Notes: generated by a model not told the origin, from the sequence alone. Positions 34,850 to 48,689 are shown, counted from the first letter of the stretch. The stretch: 64,000 nucleotides of DNA from Guillardia theta CCMP2712 (GCF_000315625.1 NW_005434655.1:190093-254092); one strand, 5' to 3'. A program made the numbers and translations.

Positions 34850-37673
34850 CTGCTGTTGTAACAAAACAAAGTCCCAAGGTGAAAGTTGTTGCTCTCCTGA
34901 GAGGCCGAGTGACAAAGAGTTGAAGGATGAGATCACAACCATGATGAGCATTCCATGGATTCACATGATATCAAGGGACTTTGACGTGATAGATGATGGT
35001 AGCTTCATCCGAGCTCGCTTCCAAGGAACAGAGTCCAACGATGCGACGAGCTTCGATGGTACTTGACTGCGCTGACTCAGCAAAGGTGCGAGATGTGATG
35101 TTGGACAGCAGCAAGACCTCGAGGCAAGTCGAGGATGCAACGCGCGTTTTACCTCTTCGACTCCGACTCTGACAGGTTGTCTCCTCCCTTGCTCGCTTGC
35201 AACTTCTGACCTTCTGCTCCAAGTGACGCTGGCGAGCCGATGGAGGCTGCTGACTCCAAACTCTCCTTCCAAGGTAGAGCTCTTCTCCTGCAACGTCTCG
35301 TCCGGTGAAGACTGTACAGAGATGTCGAGAACCGACTCCATGGGCTCTTTCAACATGTTCCCCAACGACTCGACGATAGTGAGTCTCGCTGCACTCGTGA
35401 GAGGCTCTTGACCTGCAAGCTTGACTCTCCCTCAGATCAACTCTCACACCCTCGGTGAGTCCGGGTTGAAGCCTCAGCCTGAAGTGCGGGCCCAGCAGGG
35501 AAAGCCCAACTTCGAGATTCTGTTCGATGGGCTGGTGTCGGAGGACGTGGCAACGAGGGAGAGACACCTGCTGATCCTGGAGGAGACTTGCAACCGCATC
35601 GAGCAGGAAGGGAAGAAACTTTTCCTCTCCCTCATCATCGAGAACCGTCAAGTTGTCGTGGCGCTCTGGAACTTCTTGGCGCAGGACTCATCGGTCGACA
35701 TCAAGAGGTCTGCGCTGAAAGTCTTGAGGTACTTGTCCTTCACCAACCACCCGGAGAAGACCTGCCCTGAGAACGGAAGGAGGCTGGAAGAACTTGCATC
35801 GCTCCTCCTCGGATGTTCTGATGACGACGTGAAGCAATCCGCCGCCTGTCTCATCGCCAACCTCGCGGTCTCCAAGGAGTTCCTGTCGCAACTCTCGCAC
35901 CGAGACAGCATCATCAGGGGCCTCTGCAGCCTGCTCTTCACCTGCAACAACGCATGCATTGACTCTACGCTGGGCGCGCTCTCCAACATGTCGCTCCACT
36001 CCGAGTACCCCCAGCTGATCCTCCAGCACCTGCACGTGGAGAGGTTCCTCATGATCTTGCTGTCCGGCACCACCAAGTCCAAGTTGCGAGGCATCCGGCT
36101 CCTCCGCAACCTCTTCGTCTCTGAGAACATGCGGAGGAGGATAGCTCAGTTCCCGGGCGTCCTCAAGACGCTCCAGCGACTGCTCAAGGACAGCTCCAAC
36201 GAGATCCGACGTCGCGCCTCCGTCGTCCTCAGCCTCGTCTACGAGAAGTCGCAGCACGACCAGAACCGAGACGTCTCGATGCTTGAGAAGAAGTTGATGA
36301 ATCAGGACGTGGTGGACGAGGACCTGGTAGCCCCTAGCTCACTGGACGAGTCCCTTGAAGGTGCTCAGATAGCGGTGGAGCTTGTCAGCATCCAGCATGC
36401 TACCTCCATGGACCTCAGCGACTCTGCGTCTGCCCAGCTCTCCCAGAGCTTCTCGGCCGTGGGGACGCCGATCCATGTAGAGATGAAGGAAAAGAGCATT
36501 GGGAGGCCCTCGCTATCCTCCGACCCTCAGGTCCTGGCGCACGCCAACGGCTCTCGGCAGACCTCAGCTGCGGCCCACCAGGGCGATGCTGAGCCAGACT
36601 TGGAGGCTTACCTAGCACACGAGAGCAGGCTCCTTCCTTGGCAGCCCTCCGCTCATCGGAGTGCAGAGCCATGGCAGGAGGGCAGCAACGGTCTGTCATG
36701 GCAGGAGGGCAGCAACGGTCTGTCATGGCAGGAGGGCGGCAACGGTTTGCTTTCCTCCCCGTGGCCTGACGTCCCTGACCTCCGTACAGGGGAGAAGCAT
36801 GCGGGGATGGCGAGGAAGGACTCTCCTGTCTACATCAGCGCAGGGAGGATCTTTCGGTCCTCCATCGACGGGGATAGTCTGCTCTGCCCCAACACCTACC
36901 TCAACAGGCTGATAGTCACCCTCCTCAGCACTCAGGACGGGAGCAACCTGGTGGGAGCGGTTGAGGAGCTGCAGAAGCTGTTGGCCAGGGAGAACCCTCG
37001 TAGAGGAGAGGTCCAGGAGTACCTGGGGTCGAGGCCGAAGCTGCTGACTGTCATCGGACACCTGCTCCGGGACGACCCGAGGAGGCAGAAGTGGTGCGGG
37101 GGTGGTGAGGAGGAGGAGGAGAGGAGGGCTGACGGTGTGCGGTAGGGAGGCGGCGCAGTTGCAGTTCCTTGACAAGCAGCTGCTCTGCCTGCTCAAGGAG
37201 ATCTGCGAGGGCAGCGCCACCAACGTCAAGCGCTTCGCGTCCAACACTGCGGCAGTGCTGGCGGTGAGGAAGGGAGAAGAAGAGGGCGGGGGGGAGGGGG
37301 AAGAGTGAGGGGGGAGAGGAGGAGGAGCAAGAGAAGAGGGGGGGGAGGGGCGGGGCGGAGGAGAAGGAGATTTGATGATCCTGTTCCTGCAGGTCCTTCA
37401 CGTGCTGAGGAGATGTAGAATGATCAACCACCAGAGCTCGTCCTGGCGGGCGTCGGAGCTGGACGTGGTGCAGGCGAGGAGCTGGAGTGTACTGCCTCTG
37501 ACTTACTGCAGGAGCTGGAAGAGAAGCGAAGCATGGCGTCGGTCATTCTCGCCAACTGCTTCTTGGAGGACGAGGACTGGGCGAGCCTGGGGAACTCCCG
37601 CAAGGGGGAGCACATGAAGCATGAGATTCAGTGGCGCTATGGCTCGGGGCCCATCGTCGAGTGGCTCGTGTGA
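34850..37673 (+). CDS. Armadillo-repeat protein; 5' end uncertain
   Basis: ORF 35421-37145 has ARM-like helices (VKQSAACLIANLA, STLGALSNMS, GIRLLRNL, LQRLLKDSSNEIRRRASVVLS). Terminal exon ...GPIVEWLV* at 37673. Confidence 0.75.
36670..36750 (+). repeat. 27-bp coding tandem repeat x3 encoding WQEG(S/G)NGL(S/L)
   Basis: catggcaggagggcagcaacggtctgt x2 plus a variant third copy. Confidence 0.9.
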
Positions 37674-37839
37674 GATCAGGAGAAGATCCATTGAAGGCAG
37701 GGAGAGGGGAAGGAGGAGGAAGCAGTAAGGATACAGGCCCCTGAAGAAGGAAGAAGATGTGAATGGCGAGGGAGGGTAGGAGGAGGGAGGGAGGGAAGGA
37801 ACGACGATTCCTGTACATGTCTTTGCCTTTCATCGCTTG

Positions 37840-39944
37840 TCACACAAAGTTCTCCAACTTGTCACGTCCCTGTGGCAGGGAGCTGGAAGCAGCGACAACA
37901 TCTGTTCTAGAGCAGCTATCCTCTCCTTGGCCACGCTCTCGAGTTCTGCTGGTAGAATATGAGTATGGAGCAGGAGGACCAGGACAAGGAGCCCAGGAGA
38001 TCAACAGAAAGAGGGTGGGAGAAGGGGAGCAACTAGGGGAGGAGAGCAATGTGGGGTTAGAGCAGGAGGAGGGGATAGAACCGTGGGGTCTCCGGCGGAA
38101 ACGCTGAGGAAGAGGAGTCAGCTGACACTCCCTCATGCTCGCACAAGTGTGAGAAAAGTCGCCTGCTACCCCCACGCTAGAGGCAAGAGCCAGCCACACC
38201 TGTAGAGATCATCAAGCCTCGTCCTTCTCCTTCGCTTTCCTCCTCCTCCTCCCCCTCCTCTCTCGTCCTCCTCATCTTCATCTCTACTTCCCCACTCTCC
38301 TCCTCCTCCTCCTCCTCCTCCTCCTCCTCCTCCTCCTCCTCCTCCTCCCTCCCTCCCTCCCTCCCTCCCTCCCTCTCTTCACCTCCTCCGCCTCCTGCCT
38401 CTATCACACAGTCTCCACCAACATACTCTCTCATCTCCTCCAACAGCTATCTTGGGCTTCACCTCCTCCTGTACTCGTCCTCGATCCCCGTTAGCGAGCA
38501 GCTGCCGTAGGACCCTCATGCTCGCCGCACTCTCCACCTCTGATGACGCTAGCATGCTGTGCCGCGCGCATATCCGGGCGACAGTCCCTGCCGTCTCCTC
38601 CGCATCCCGAGCATGCGCAGCGGCGGCGACATGAACTGCCATGGTGCTGAGGCATCGGAGGAGGGCCATGCGCTGGGCCTTCTGCCAGCTAGTCTGCCCC
38701 TCCTCCTGCAGGATCTCAGACGCCACAGGAGCGAAGTGGGAGAGAGCTCGGTCAGCTAGGAAGTCAGGGCAGTCCCGCACGCAGGCAGCTAGGGCGGAGA
38801 TCGACTGAACGCGCAGCGAGGGCTCAATATCCTTCATCCTCCTGCACAGCAGCGGCCACACGACGTGCATCCTGGGGTGCAGCTCCCTGGGCTGCTTCCT
38901 GAGAGCGAAGGAGACGGCAGCTACGGCGATGAGGGCGGAGGAGCGGACGGAGGGGATGGAGTGACTGAGGAGACTCTCGGCCATCTCGAAGATGCTGAAG
39001 AGCATGCTTGAGGCCCTGGCCTCTGTGTCAGGAGCAGCCACCTTCCTGCTAGAGGGCAGCTGGTCGTGGTGCTCCTCCTCCCCCTCCCCCTCCTCCTCGT
39101 TCTGATCGTCATCCACGTGCGGGAGCACGGGAGCTTGCCTCTTACAAGCCTCCTCCTCCTCCTCAGTCTTCTCTTCCTCGGCCTTCCACGTCCCCTGCTT
39201 GTCTGACTCTGCTCCTCCCCCCAGCGACGAGCCCTCGACGATGGCGGTGACGAAGGCAGGGAGGACGTGAGCAAGCGGGATGCTCCATCCCCTGACGTTG
39301 ACCTCCAGCGCTGTCTTGACGGCCTCGACGGTGTCCTCCAGCAGAGACGCCTGCTGCATGTTGAGATGCACCAGAATGACAAGGAGGGCGTGACAAGCGC
39401 GGAGGAGGGAGGCGTCGTTCTCACGCGACTCAGAGGAGTGAGACTGCAGCAAGGAGGAGGAGGAGGAGGAGAGGCCCTGGGCGAACCCCCGCTGACTGGC
39501 GGACGACCCTCTGACGAGGTTCCTGCAGACGTTATCGATGAGGTAGTCCGCGTTCTCCCTCACGAGCGCCGTCGCGTCCTCGTACCCGCAAGATCGGCAG
39601 ATGCGCCGGAGGGTCTGCATGGCGGCGTCTGACACGTGGGTGGAGGGGAGGGAGGCGGCAGAGAGGAGGGGGAAGACGACCTTGAGCAGGCAGGGGTCGA
39701 AGGAGGAGCCCAGGGCCTCTGCAAAGTCTCCCATCCCCTCGAGCAGGAGGCAAGCTGTGAGCACCTTGTCTACCGAGACTTCGCTGTAGAGCCAGGAGGA
39801 GCTGACGGCCCTCGAGCTGGGCGAGTGCTGGACGTTTGAGAGCAGCAGCCTCGAGCTGTACGCCCGGCTGAGCTGCAGGTAGTTGTCGAGCACGAGATCC
39901 ACGCACGTGATGAGCGAGTGGAGGTCCTGTGAGGAGAGCTCCCT

Positions 39945-39983
<39 letters not shown>

Positions 39984-42900
39984 CGCTCCTGCTCCTGCTC
40001 CTCCAGCTTCTGCTCTCAAAGTCCCTGCCTCTGTCCCAGCTTCTTCCGCTTTGCTTGTTCCTGCCGCAGCTTCCTGTCCCAGCGACGACTCCCCTTGTTC
40101 TGCCTCTCCCTCCCCGCCCTCGCTCGCTCCTCTCCTCGCGTTCCCCCCGTTCCTCGCAAACTCCAAGATCGACATGTTCAGCGCCAGGATGACTGAGGAG
40201 GCGAGGGAGTCGTTGCTCGCGTCCTTGAGGATAGACAAGAGGCTCTTGCAGACGTGATGGACCCCTCCCTGCCACAAGCGTCAGTCTTGAGGGAGGATCG
40301 AGCAGGAGGAGGATATGGGGCTGAGGTGGGATAGAGCAGGAGCAGGAGCAGGAGCAGGAGCAAGGGCAAGGGCAGGGGCAGGGGCAGGGGCAGGAAGAGG
40401 GGCAAGGGGAGGGGCAGGGGGAGGGGAGGGGGAGGAGCGAGGAGCGAGGAGCGAGGAGCGAGGAGCGAGGAGCAGGAGCAGGAGGTAGGCAGGCAACGAA
40501 GAGAGCAAGGGGAAGGTGAAAGGAGGAAAGGGGCGGAGAGGTTCGGACCTTCCTACAGAGATAGCCCAAGAGAAACCTAAAGAGAGCAGCAATGTTTTCC
40601 GAGGCAAAGAACCGAAATCTCTTGTGCAAGTACCTGCAGACTCGTTATCCCCCCCTCTTCCTCCTCCTCCTCATATGTTCCCCCTGTTCCTCCTCCTCCT
40701 CCTCCTCATATGTTCCCCCTGTTCCTCCTCCTCCTCCTCCTCCTCCTCCTCCTCCTCCTCCTCCTCCTCCTCATATGTTCCCCCTGTTCCTCCTCCTCCT
40801 CCTCCTCCTCCTCATATGTTCCCCCTGTTCCTCCTCCTCCTCCTCCTCCTCCTCCTCCTCCTCATTTGTTCCCCCTCTTCCCTCTCGTTCACCCTCCTCC
40901 GCGGCATCACAAATTACCCGCACCCCCCAAACCAGACAAACTGCTATCATCACCTCCTCCTTCCTCCTTTTCCTCCTCTCAACGTCAGATTGAATTTTTC
41001 TTACCCCTCCCCAGCTGCAATTCCTTTGCGCATCGCAGCGATCGAATCTTTCTTCTCCTCCCCCTCCTCCCTCCTGGACTCAAGTCCCTCCTCCTGCTCA
41101 AAAAGTCCTCGTTATCTCGAGCAACAAGAGCAAGGCAACAATACACCTCATCTCCCGCGTTCCAGTCCTGCTCGCCCTCCAGCCCTCCCCCTCCCTGCGC
41201 ATCGGCAGCTTCCTCGCTCATAAGCTCCAAGGACGGAGGTAGCTGGCAGGCGCCTGCTACGGCAGCAATCCTCCCACGTACGTCCTCCTCTTCCCCACGA
41301 GGGTTGACAAACCAGAATCGATCTCTCCTCCTCCTCCGCTCCTCCTGAGACTGTGAGACGGAGGAAACTTCCACCCTGTCCGTGCTCCTTTCCTGGATGA
41401 TGATTCCGGCTACATCATGTCAGGGAGGAGGAGAGAAGTAGGAGAGGAGAGAGAAGTAGGAGAGGAGGACAGAGTAGGAGAGGAGGACAGAGTAACGAGA
41501 CGCTAAGAGACGAAGAAAGAGGAGAGGGAGGAGGGGGAGGAGGATGAGGAGTATGGAGTAGGACAAGGTGAAGTGGAGGATCAAGGATAATGATGAAGAA
41601 GCGTAGAAGGAGGACGAGAGTAAGGCGGAGGTGTAGAAAGTGGAGAAGGAGAGGAAGGAGAGGGAGGAGGAAGCAAAAAAGNNNNNNNNNNNNNNNNNNN
41701 NNNNNNNNNNNNNNNNNNNNNNNNNNNNNNNNNNNNNNNNNNNNNNNNNNNNNNNNNNNNNNNNNNNNNNNNNNNNNNNNNCAGGAAGCGTGTCATAGTG
41801 GACGAGCGAAGAGGGGGCGGCTGGAGTTGTTGAAAGTCTGCTCGGTCACCTTGACAGCGTCGTCGGCCTCACATCTGAACTTGGCCGGAAGCTTCGCAAC
41901 TAGCTCCTCAACTTCATCTTCGAGCTTGTCAGACTCTTCTCCTCCGTCCTACTTGCCTGTTGATCCCTCCTCCTCCTCCTCCTCCTCCTCCTCCTCCTCC
42001 TCCTCCGACATTCTGCTCTTGTTCAACCTTCTCTTCCTGTAAACATCTCGTCTTCCCTGCCCTTCTCTGCCTCTTCCTTCCCCTCGCCCTCAACCCTCGC
42101 TCTTCCTCTCCCTCTCCCTCTCGCTTTCCCTCTCCCTTCCTCTCTCTCCCTTCCTGTCTCCCTTCCTGTCTCCCTTCCTCTCTCCCTTCCTCTCTCCCTA
42201 GCACCAACAGCAGCACAATTTTCCCCACCTTGCAACTTGCCAGCCATCTTCCTCAGCCTCCCCGACGCATTCAAGCGGGAGACAATCGCGTTGGCGTTCC
42301 TTTCCACGTCTCCGTTGTCGTCCGAGGTCAATGACGCTAGCGCTTGAAACCCAGCGCGATTGCACTGAGAAACAATATTTTCAGCAGGTTAAGTACAAAG
42401 ATGTACAAGACAACAAGATAACGAGAAGAGGTTGTACCGACCTTGACAAGTGCATGGCTGCAATCGCACAGCAGACTTTCCAACAGGGACACTGTCCTCG
42501 ACCTCACACGGGCCGACGGATGTGTCGTACACAAGCTCAAGACCCTCTGAAGGAGGCAGGACATGTTGTCATCCGTCGTGGCGATCCATCGGCTGTCGAA
42601 AGCGACCGTCAAGCTCCCCCTGTCTCCGACCGAGCTCGGGCAGTCCGAACTTCCACCATGAGCTGCTTCCCCTTCGTCCTTCACCCCCATCCTGCAAAAG
42701 GACCCGAGCGACAGCTCCACCTGTGGTCGGCATCAGCTGGAGAAGTCCGTGAGCACAGCAGCTGTAAACGAATCTCACATCCACTTGCCCCTCGTCCTGC
42801 ATCTTGACAACATGCGGGCTCAGGAACTTTCGCAGGACTGTCCCCCACAGGCTCAGGGTCGAGGAGATCAGCCTGCATGATCAGCAGTCGCGTCATCTCC

Positions 42901-44070
42901 CAGCACACCCCCAGCAGCTCACAGGAGCAGGCAACCATAGGACGCCTCCCGCTCCTCACCTCGACGCCGTTCCCTTCCCGCCGCTCTCAACAACGATCCT
43001 GCAGCAAGCACTCGCTATCCCTGTGGTGACGTCATCATCGGCCGCCTTACCCCGCACCTCCTCCCTTGCTCGGACCCACCTGGAAGATAGAACGCCTGTC
43101 GTTCCAGACATCCACCGCTGTGCTCGAAGAAGAATTCCAAGATCTGCACAGATTGCTGGGGAAGCAGGTCAGGAGGGAGGAGGCAGAGGAGCGAGGGCGA
43201 GGAGACACTTGCCTGGCTCACTGCTCCTGACAGGACCTTGCTCCCTCTCGAGACAGCTAGCAGAACCGCCACGACATACCCGAGCTTGGCAGCGCTTTCC
43301 TGTTTCAAGGGGATATTTCTCAGCTTGACGGCAGCTGAAGCATCCATGAGCTATCACCTCCCACACGTTGGTAAGCCATCTGGGAGGAGACGAGCCTGTC
43401 ATCAGGCCGCTAGAGGAGGAGGAGGAGGAGGAGTCAACAGCGTCCTGCATGTCAAAGATCCTTCGAAGCGTTGAAAGCGCGGATCGGACCACTGTTTCCG
43501 AGGGATTGATCTGTTAGGGACCGAGTTACGCCTTCACAGCAAGAAGGCCTCCGCGCTGCTGGGAAACCTGAGGCACATCGCTCGGCGGTGACGGGTCCTC
43601 GAAGTGCGTGAGAGTCTTGGTGACTATCAGCAAGACATCCATAGTCTAACCTCACATACATCACAACCCTGAGCTCTCAACACTTCGTGAGCAACACGTG
43701 TCACCTGCTTGTCGTCTAGAGCATCAATGCCCGCGCTAGCTAAGATGCTCGACATGGCTCCAAGCGCCAGCTCTAAGCCCCTCTCCTTCGCCATGCACAC
43801 TGCGGCCCGACGAGGATGTTGATCCGCCCTTGTCATGTCACGCACCAGGAAGAGGATCGGAAAGATCGCGAACTCCATCAACTTGCCCGCATCATCGTTG
43901 CTCATCTGATCGAACTCGCTGCTGATCCCCTGCAGCGCTTCGTCGCGAGAGGACGCATCCTCTGCGCGCAGCAGAAGCAGACACTTCTGCTTGATCCTAG
44001 CGAACACCCCACCTTCACCCCCTTCACTCCAGTCGCCAAATCCATCATGCTTCGTGAGCTCGGCCTCCAT
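37840..44070 (-). CDS. TTI1: TELO2-interacting protein 1 homolog (TTT complex, HEAT repeats)
   Basis: N-terminal FARIKQKC..LMEFAIFPIL and FLPG. C-terminal CLLLEGMGDFA, AAMQTLRRICRSCGY..LVRENADYLID and LHPRMHVVWPLL are TTI1-type motifs. Confidence 0.8.
40660..40880 (+). repeat. Intronic minisatellite: catatgttccccctgtt units separated by variable (cct)n
   Basis: Four copies plus one variant visible. Confidence 0.85.
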
Positions 44071-44269
44071 CCTGACTGCTTCTTCTCTCCTCCTCTCCTC
44101 TCCTCTCCTCTACTCTCCTCCTCCTCCTCCTCCTCTCCTTCCTGACTCTCTCAACACGGCGCTGCCTGCCCCCTGTGCATTTCTCACCAATCTCCTGCCA
44201 TGCTAGCTGGTGCCCGGTGTCCGGGTTTCAAAACAGGACCGCGTGATCTGGCAGACCAGCATCGGAACG

Positions 44270-44800
44270 ATATCCCCACCCTGTATCCCCACCCCCACCC
44301 TACCCCCCACCCCTACCCCCCACACCCAGTGGGAACTCACAGATAGACATCCTAGCCTACCCCACCTCCAAATAAAATCCTGGCAGGAAAACTTCCGTTC
44401 AATTACCCCTAGTCTTCAGTCATTTTCTATACCACCCCTGCAGTCTGTTTTACTGGACAAACCCACCCCTTGGGAAACCAAAAAAGAAAACAAGATTTTA
44501 AAATATTTTAGAAGTGTTCCGTCATGCACATTTCCGGCTCGTTACTTCGGGGTAGGGTGGGTCAGTAGGATGTGGGGTAGGGTGGTAAGGCACTATATAG
44601 ATATAGGGGTGATGGGGTCAAGTGAGCGGACGACTTGGTCTGGTAGAGGGGGGTAGTCATTGGTGTCTTCTTCATCTTGCTGGGGGTGGTCAATCACGAT
44701 GTGACTGGAAGGAGGGTGGGGTAGTACAAAGATATATTGGAGGCTCAAAGGTCAGGGGCAAGGGGGTGGGGGTGGGATCTTTGGGGAGGGTGGGGGCGGT
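44270..44800. promoter_or_regulatory. Candidate divergent promoter with TACCCC/ACCCC clusters switching to GGGGT clusters
   Basis: Between TTI1 (-) and the Zn2Cys6 gene (+). C-run motifs lie next to TTI1 and G-run motifs next to the TF; similar clusters occur upstream of many genes in the window. Confidence 0.4.
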
Positions 44801-45217
44801 CAATCAACCATGCTGGAAGTACAACGCGGCGGGAAGGCGGTAAGATGGAGAGAGAGGAGAAGAGGAGGAGAGATCATGTGCGATATGAAGGAAACTACAA
44901 CGAGATCAGAGGAGGGAGAGCACTGCAAGGATGAGTGAAGAGCGGAAAAGAGGAGTGGATGGGAATATCTGAGCAAATATCAACGATGGTGTGAGATTGG
45001 CTGGGAAAGGATTGGTAGATATGTTTGAGATGCTGGAAGGTTGAAGAATGCAAGAATCATTGCCGCTAGCAACCTGTCCGATATTGAGGAAGTTTGGTAG
45101 GAGAAGTTGGAGGACAGGCGTCATGCAGTGTGGTTGGTGGATTGAGAGAAACTGTTGGTAGTCAAGGAGCTTTTGTGATTATTCTGCGCTGAAGGATTGG
45201 GAATGAATGAGGATATA

Positions 45218-46965
45218 ATGCTGGTATTGGAGGATATGGTATCCAATACAGCAGCACAAGAGAAGGGTTGAAGGGGAGGGTGTGGGGTTGGATATTGGAC
45301 AACGTCCGTTCACCATTACTGAGCTTCCTTGCAGCGCGGCGGGAAGGGGAGGAAGCCAGGGGTGGCATGCGACCGCTGTCATTCATTGAAGATCAAATGT
45401 GATGATTTCCGTCCATGCAGATCGTGTGTTCGTAGTTGTCTCGGTTCTCAGTGTCATACAACCCACAAGGAACAATCTTGTTTGAACTGCAGGAAATCGA
45501 AGCTCAAGTGTGATAAGGGGAGGCCCTGCGATCGGTGCGTGAAGAGAGGGACGTCGGCCACCTGCAAGGACACGGTTCCTCCTCCCACTTCTCCGGATGT
45601 CTCGTGCGACTCTCCTGAGGACGCAACTTCAATCGGCGACAACTGCTCGAGCAGCGATCTGGTGGTGGTGTCACGGGACAAGAGGGCGAGGCCGATGTCG
45701 CCATGGGAAACGGACCTGTTTGCAAAGAGATTCAGAGGCAGCGACAGCAGTGATGAGGATGACACTCAGCTCCCGCACCTTGATTGGTTGGACTCGGATT
45801 ACTTCTCTATGAACAGGAAAATGTTCAGATCTCAGAATCCCATCTTGATCCACCCGCTGAATGTGGAACGGCCTCTGCAGACTAACACGAGTATAAACAG
45901 CAGATTCTCCCCCTCGCTAGAAGTCAATGCCTTCAGTCACATGGAAGGACTCATGTCGATATACAAACGGTTCTTCGCGGCTGGATACGACTCAACACAA
46001 CTCTTGCAGATGTTTAACAATCTGCCTTTGCACATTCTTTCAATAATCAACGAGGGCGTGATCGCCATGCACAAATTGTCTGTAATATGGAAGAAGTATC
46101 CGCGAGAAAACGAGACTCCAGCAAGCCCGTCCTCTCAGACTCTCTCTCATGATTCTTCAAGCGAAAATGGCCTCGGGTACTTCACTATTTCCTGGGACCA
46201 ACAGAGTTCTGCACGAACTTTCTTTCAAGTGAACCATTCTGCTGGAGCGCTGCTAAACCTCCATCCAGAAGAGATCGTTGCGCGGTTTGGAAATTGCGAA
46301 TTCCGGATGCCCCTCACAGACCTTGAGTTTCTAGCGCAGATTCTCAGTGATGTGTTGAACTTTCAGAATCCCAAGTTTGTCACCTATGCAAGGCTTGCTT
46401 TGCATACGTCATCGTCCAACCAGTTTCAAGACGCTCTCTTCGTCCGCTGTACTCGGTACAGACTGTTTGACTCCGTCGGCATTGAGTCGCACAAGCGATA
46501 CTTGGAATTCATCTCCCCGGAGGAATTCGAGAGAGTGAGATTAGCAGACCCGGCAAGGTAAGATTGATCCTGCCTTGTGATCGGGGAGAGGGTCTGACGA
46601 CTGGCTTCAGTTGTAGGCCCTTCTTCCATGCCATGGGGGACGATCGGGATGCTGAGACGCTGCTGTCGGACTTCCACAGAGATGCTGTGAGATTTTTGGT
46701 CCTGTGGCATCTTGCCTGCTATCTTACGCTGACTGCAGTTGTTCACCGAGAATTTGTCAAGTATGCTGCACAACGAGCAGGGTCGGCTGAAGCTGAACAG
46801 GCTGGCGGAAGCTCTTCGGAAAGAGTTTTCCAAGTACATCGTGTTAGCGCAGAGTGAGTCAGCCATACAATGCGCTGTTCTTGTGGAAGTTCTGACAGGG
46901 AACAACAGGATATGAATCCCAACAGCTTCAAACGCAAGCGACGATCCAAGAAATACCTTGAGACG
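45218..46965 (+). CDS. Transcription factor with two tandem Zn(II)2Cys6 binuclear clusters
   Basis: ACDRCHSLKIKCDDFRPCRSCVRSCLGSQC and SCLNCRKSKLKCDKGRPCDRCVKRGTSATC. Probable first exon 45218-45238 with acceptor at 45334; 3' end approximate. Confidence 0.88.
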
Positions 46966-47103
46966 ATAAGGTGAAGAAGCGGGGCAGGGGAATCTGTAGA
47001 TCATATTTCTTGTACACAATATGCACTTTAATGTGAAATAGTGAATGAAATGCAAGATCATATCAACATACAAGTTCAACAGGATAGTGATTCTTGGCCG
47101 CTC

Positions 47104-48029
47104 TCAGACTCCATTCTCTGTCTTCACCACCACCTGCTCATCATGTCCAAGTCAACCCCAGCTGAAGACCAGGTGACAAACACCCACCTGAGAGTTGGGA
47201 GTGATGTTGCAATACTCCGCTGGTGGCAGGTGCACGCCAGGGCGGATGATAGGGAGAGGGATCTAGTTCACTAGGTATCAGCCCAGCACGACCCCAGCTA
47301 CAACGTCAACGTCGGTGTCTCACCGCATTCTTCGCCTTGGCGATGTCGATCATGAACTCGCGGGGAGGAGGCTGGCTGAACTGCCTGCAGCGAGTCGATC
47401 AGAATGAGATGGACAACTAGGAGAGGAGGAGGGAGCGAGGCAGGGCTGCTGGTGCCGCACCCGTTGAGCTTCGTCTGGATCGCCAGCCTGACGTCGTCCA
47501 GGTCGAGATCAGTCTTCTGAGCGTGCTCTTGATACACGGTCGCATCCTTTGTTCAACTCAGTGAGGTAGAAGGTTGGAGGTAGCGGGGGAAGAGGCAGCG
47601 AGGCAGAGCAGGACAGGATGAAGATGGTGAAGACGACGGTGAGACAAGAGAGGGAGTAGAAGATGACGATGAGTGGAAGGGGAGAGGGAGAGAGATGAAG
47701 AGGAAGGAGGTGGGCAGGGGAGGGAGAGGGGAGGGAGAGGTGAGTTGATGGGACTGTGGAGAGCGAGCGAGCGAGCGAGCACAACAAAAATTGCTCACTT
47801 TGAGGACATCAGTCATGTACTTGTATGCGAACTCCAACAACATCTGAGTGACCTGCAGAAGGAGCATGTCAGATCAGCAACCATCCGTCCTCCTCCGCAT
47901 GCGGCAGCAATGGCCCACCTTGGGGTCGTGGTCATCGACCCCCATGGAGGTAAGGAGCTGCTTTATCATCTCGATCCTCGCTGGCGTCTCGATCGTCGAG
48001 GCGTCTGCGCTACCAGCGTTCGTCGCCAT
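47104..48029 (-). CDS. TAF9: TFIID subunit 9
   Basis: KQLLTSMGVDDHDPK|VTQMLLEFAYKYMTDVLK|DATVYQEHA..LDLDDVRLAI..FSQPPPREFM..KNA|IPLPIIRPGVHLPP..C histone-fold signature. Confidence 0.93.
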
Positions 48030-48289
48030 CCCACAAGAATCGAGCAGAGAAGTTTAAGTTGATGTCCTGCCCCTCAGGCTCAATCAAGTCCGCTCGGAAC
48101 TTGTGGGAGGAGAGGAGGGCCAGGGAGAGCAGGGGAGGCAAGGGGGAGCATCAGGGAGCGGGAGCAGCAGGGAGCAGCAGGGACGGGGGGAACAGGTTTG
48201 CAGCTGAATATCTTGATGATCTATCAACCCTTCTACGCATCTTTCCCTACATAATCCTGCATATCCTCCTCTCCTCCTCTCCGTCCTCT

Positions 48290-48545
48290 CATGTTCCTCC
48301 TCCTGATCGTCCTGTTCCTCCTCCTGTTTCTCCTCCTGATCGTCCTGTTCCTCCTCCTCCTCCTGTTTCGCCTCCTCCTGATCGTCCTGTTCTTTCTTCT
48401 CCTCCTGTTTCTCCTCCTCCTGATCGTCCTGTTCCTCCTCCTCCTCCTGTTTCTCCTCCTCCTGATCGTCCTGTTCCTCCTCCTCCTCCTGTTTCGCCTC
48501 CTCCTGATCGTCCTATTCTTTGTTCTCCTCCTGTTTCTCCTCCTC
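48290..48545 (+). repeat. ~42-bp pyrimidine-rich minisatellite (~6 copies) between the divergent TAF9 and MsrB genes
   Basis: Unit cctcctgatcgtcctgttcctcctcctcctcctgtttctcct repeated with variants. Confidence 0.88.
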
Positions 48546-48689
48546 CGGCTCCCCTTCCCCTCCTCCTGTTCCTCCACTGGCATACCTGCCCATGCCGCGC
48601 CGCTCCTTTCACCCACCCACCCACATCTTTCTCTGCAGAAAAGTATAAATGGTAGGGGTGATCGCGGGACCGCCTCAGAGCCTGTCGGG

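Noticed and set aside
48290-48545. Regular ~42-bp repeats resembling a CRISPR array or an extensin gene
   Set aside because: No unique spacers, eukaryotic context and no cas genes; a simple minisatellite.
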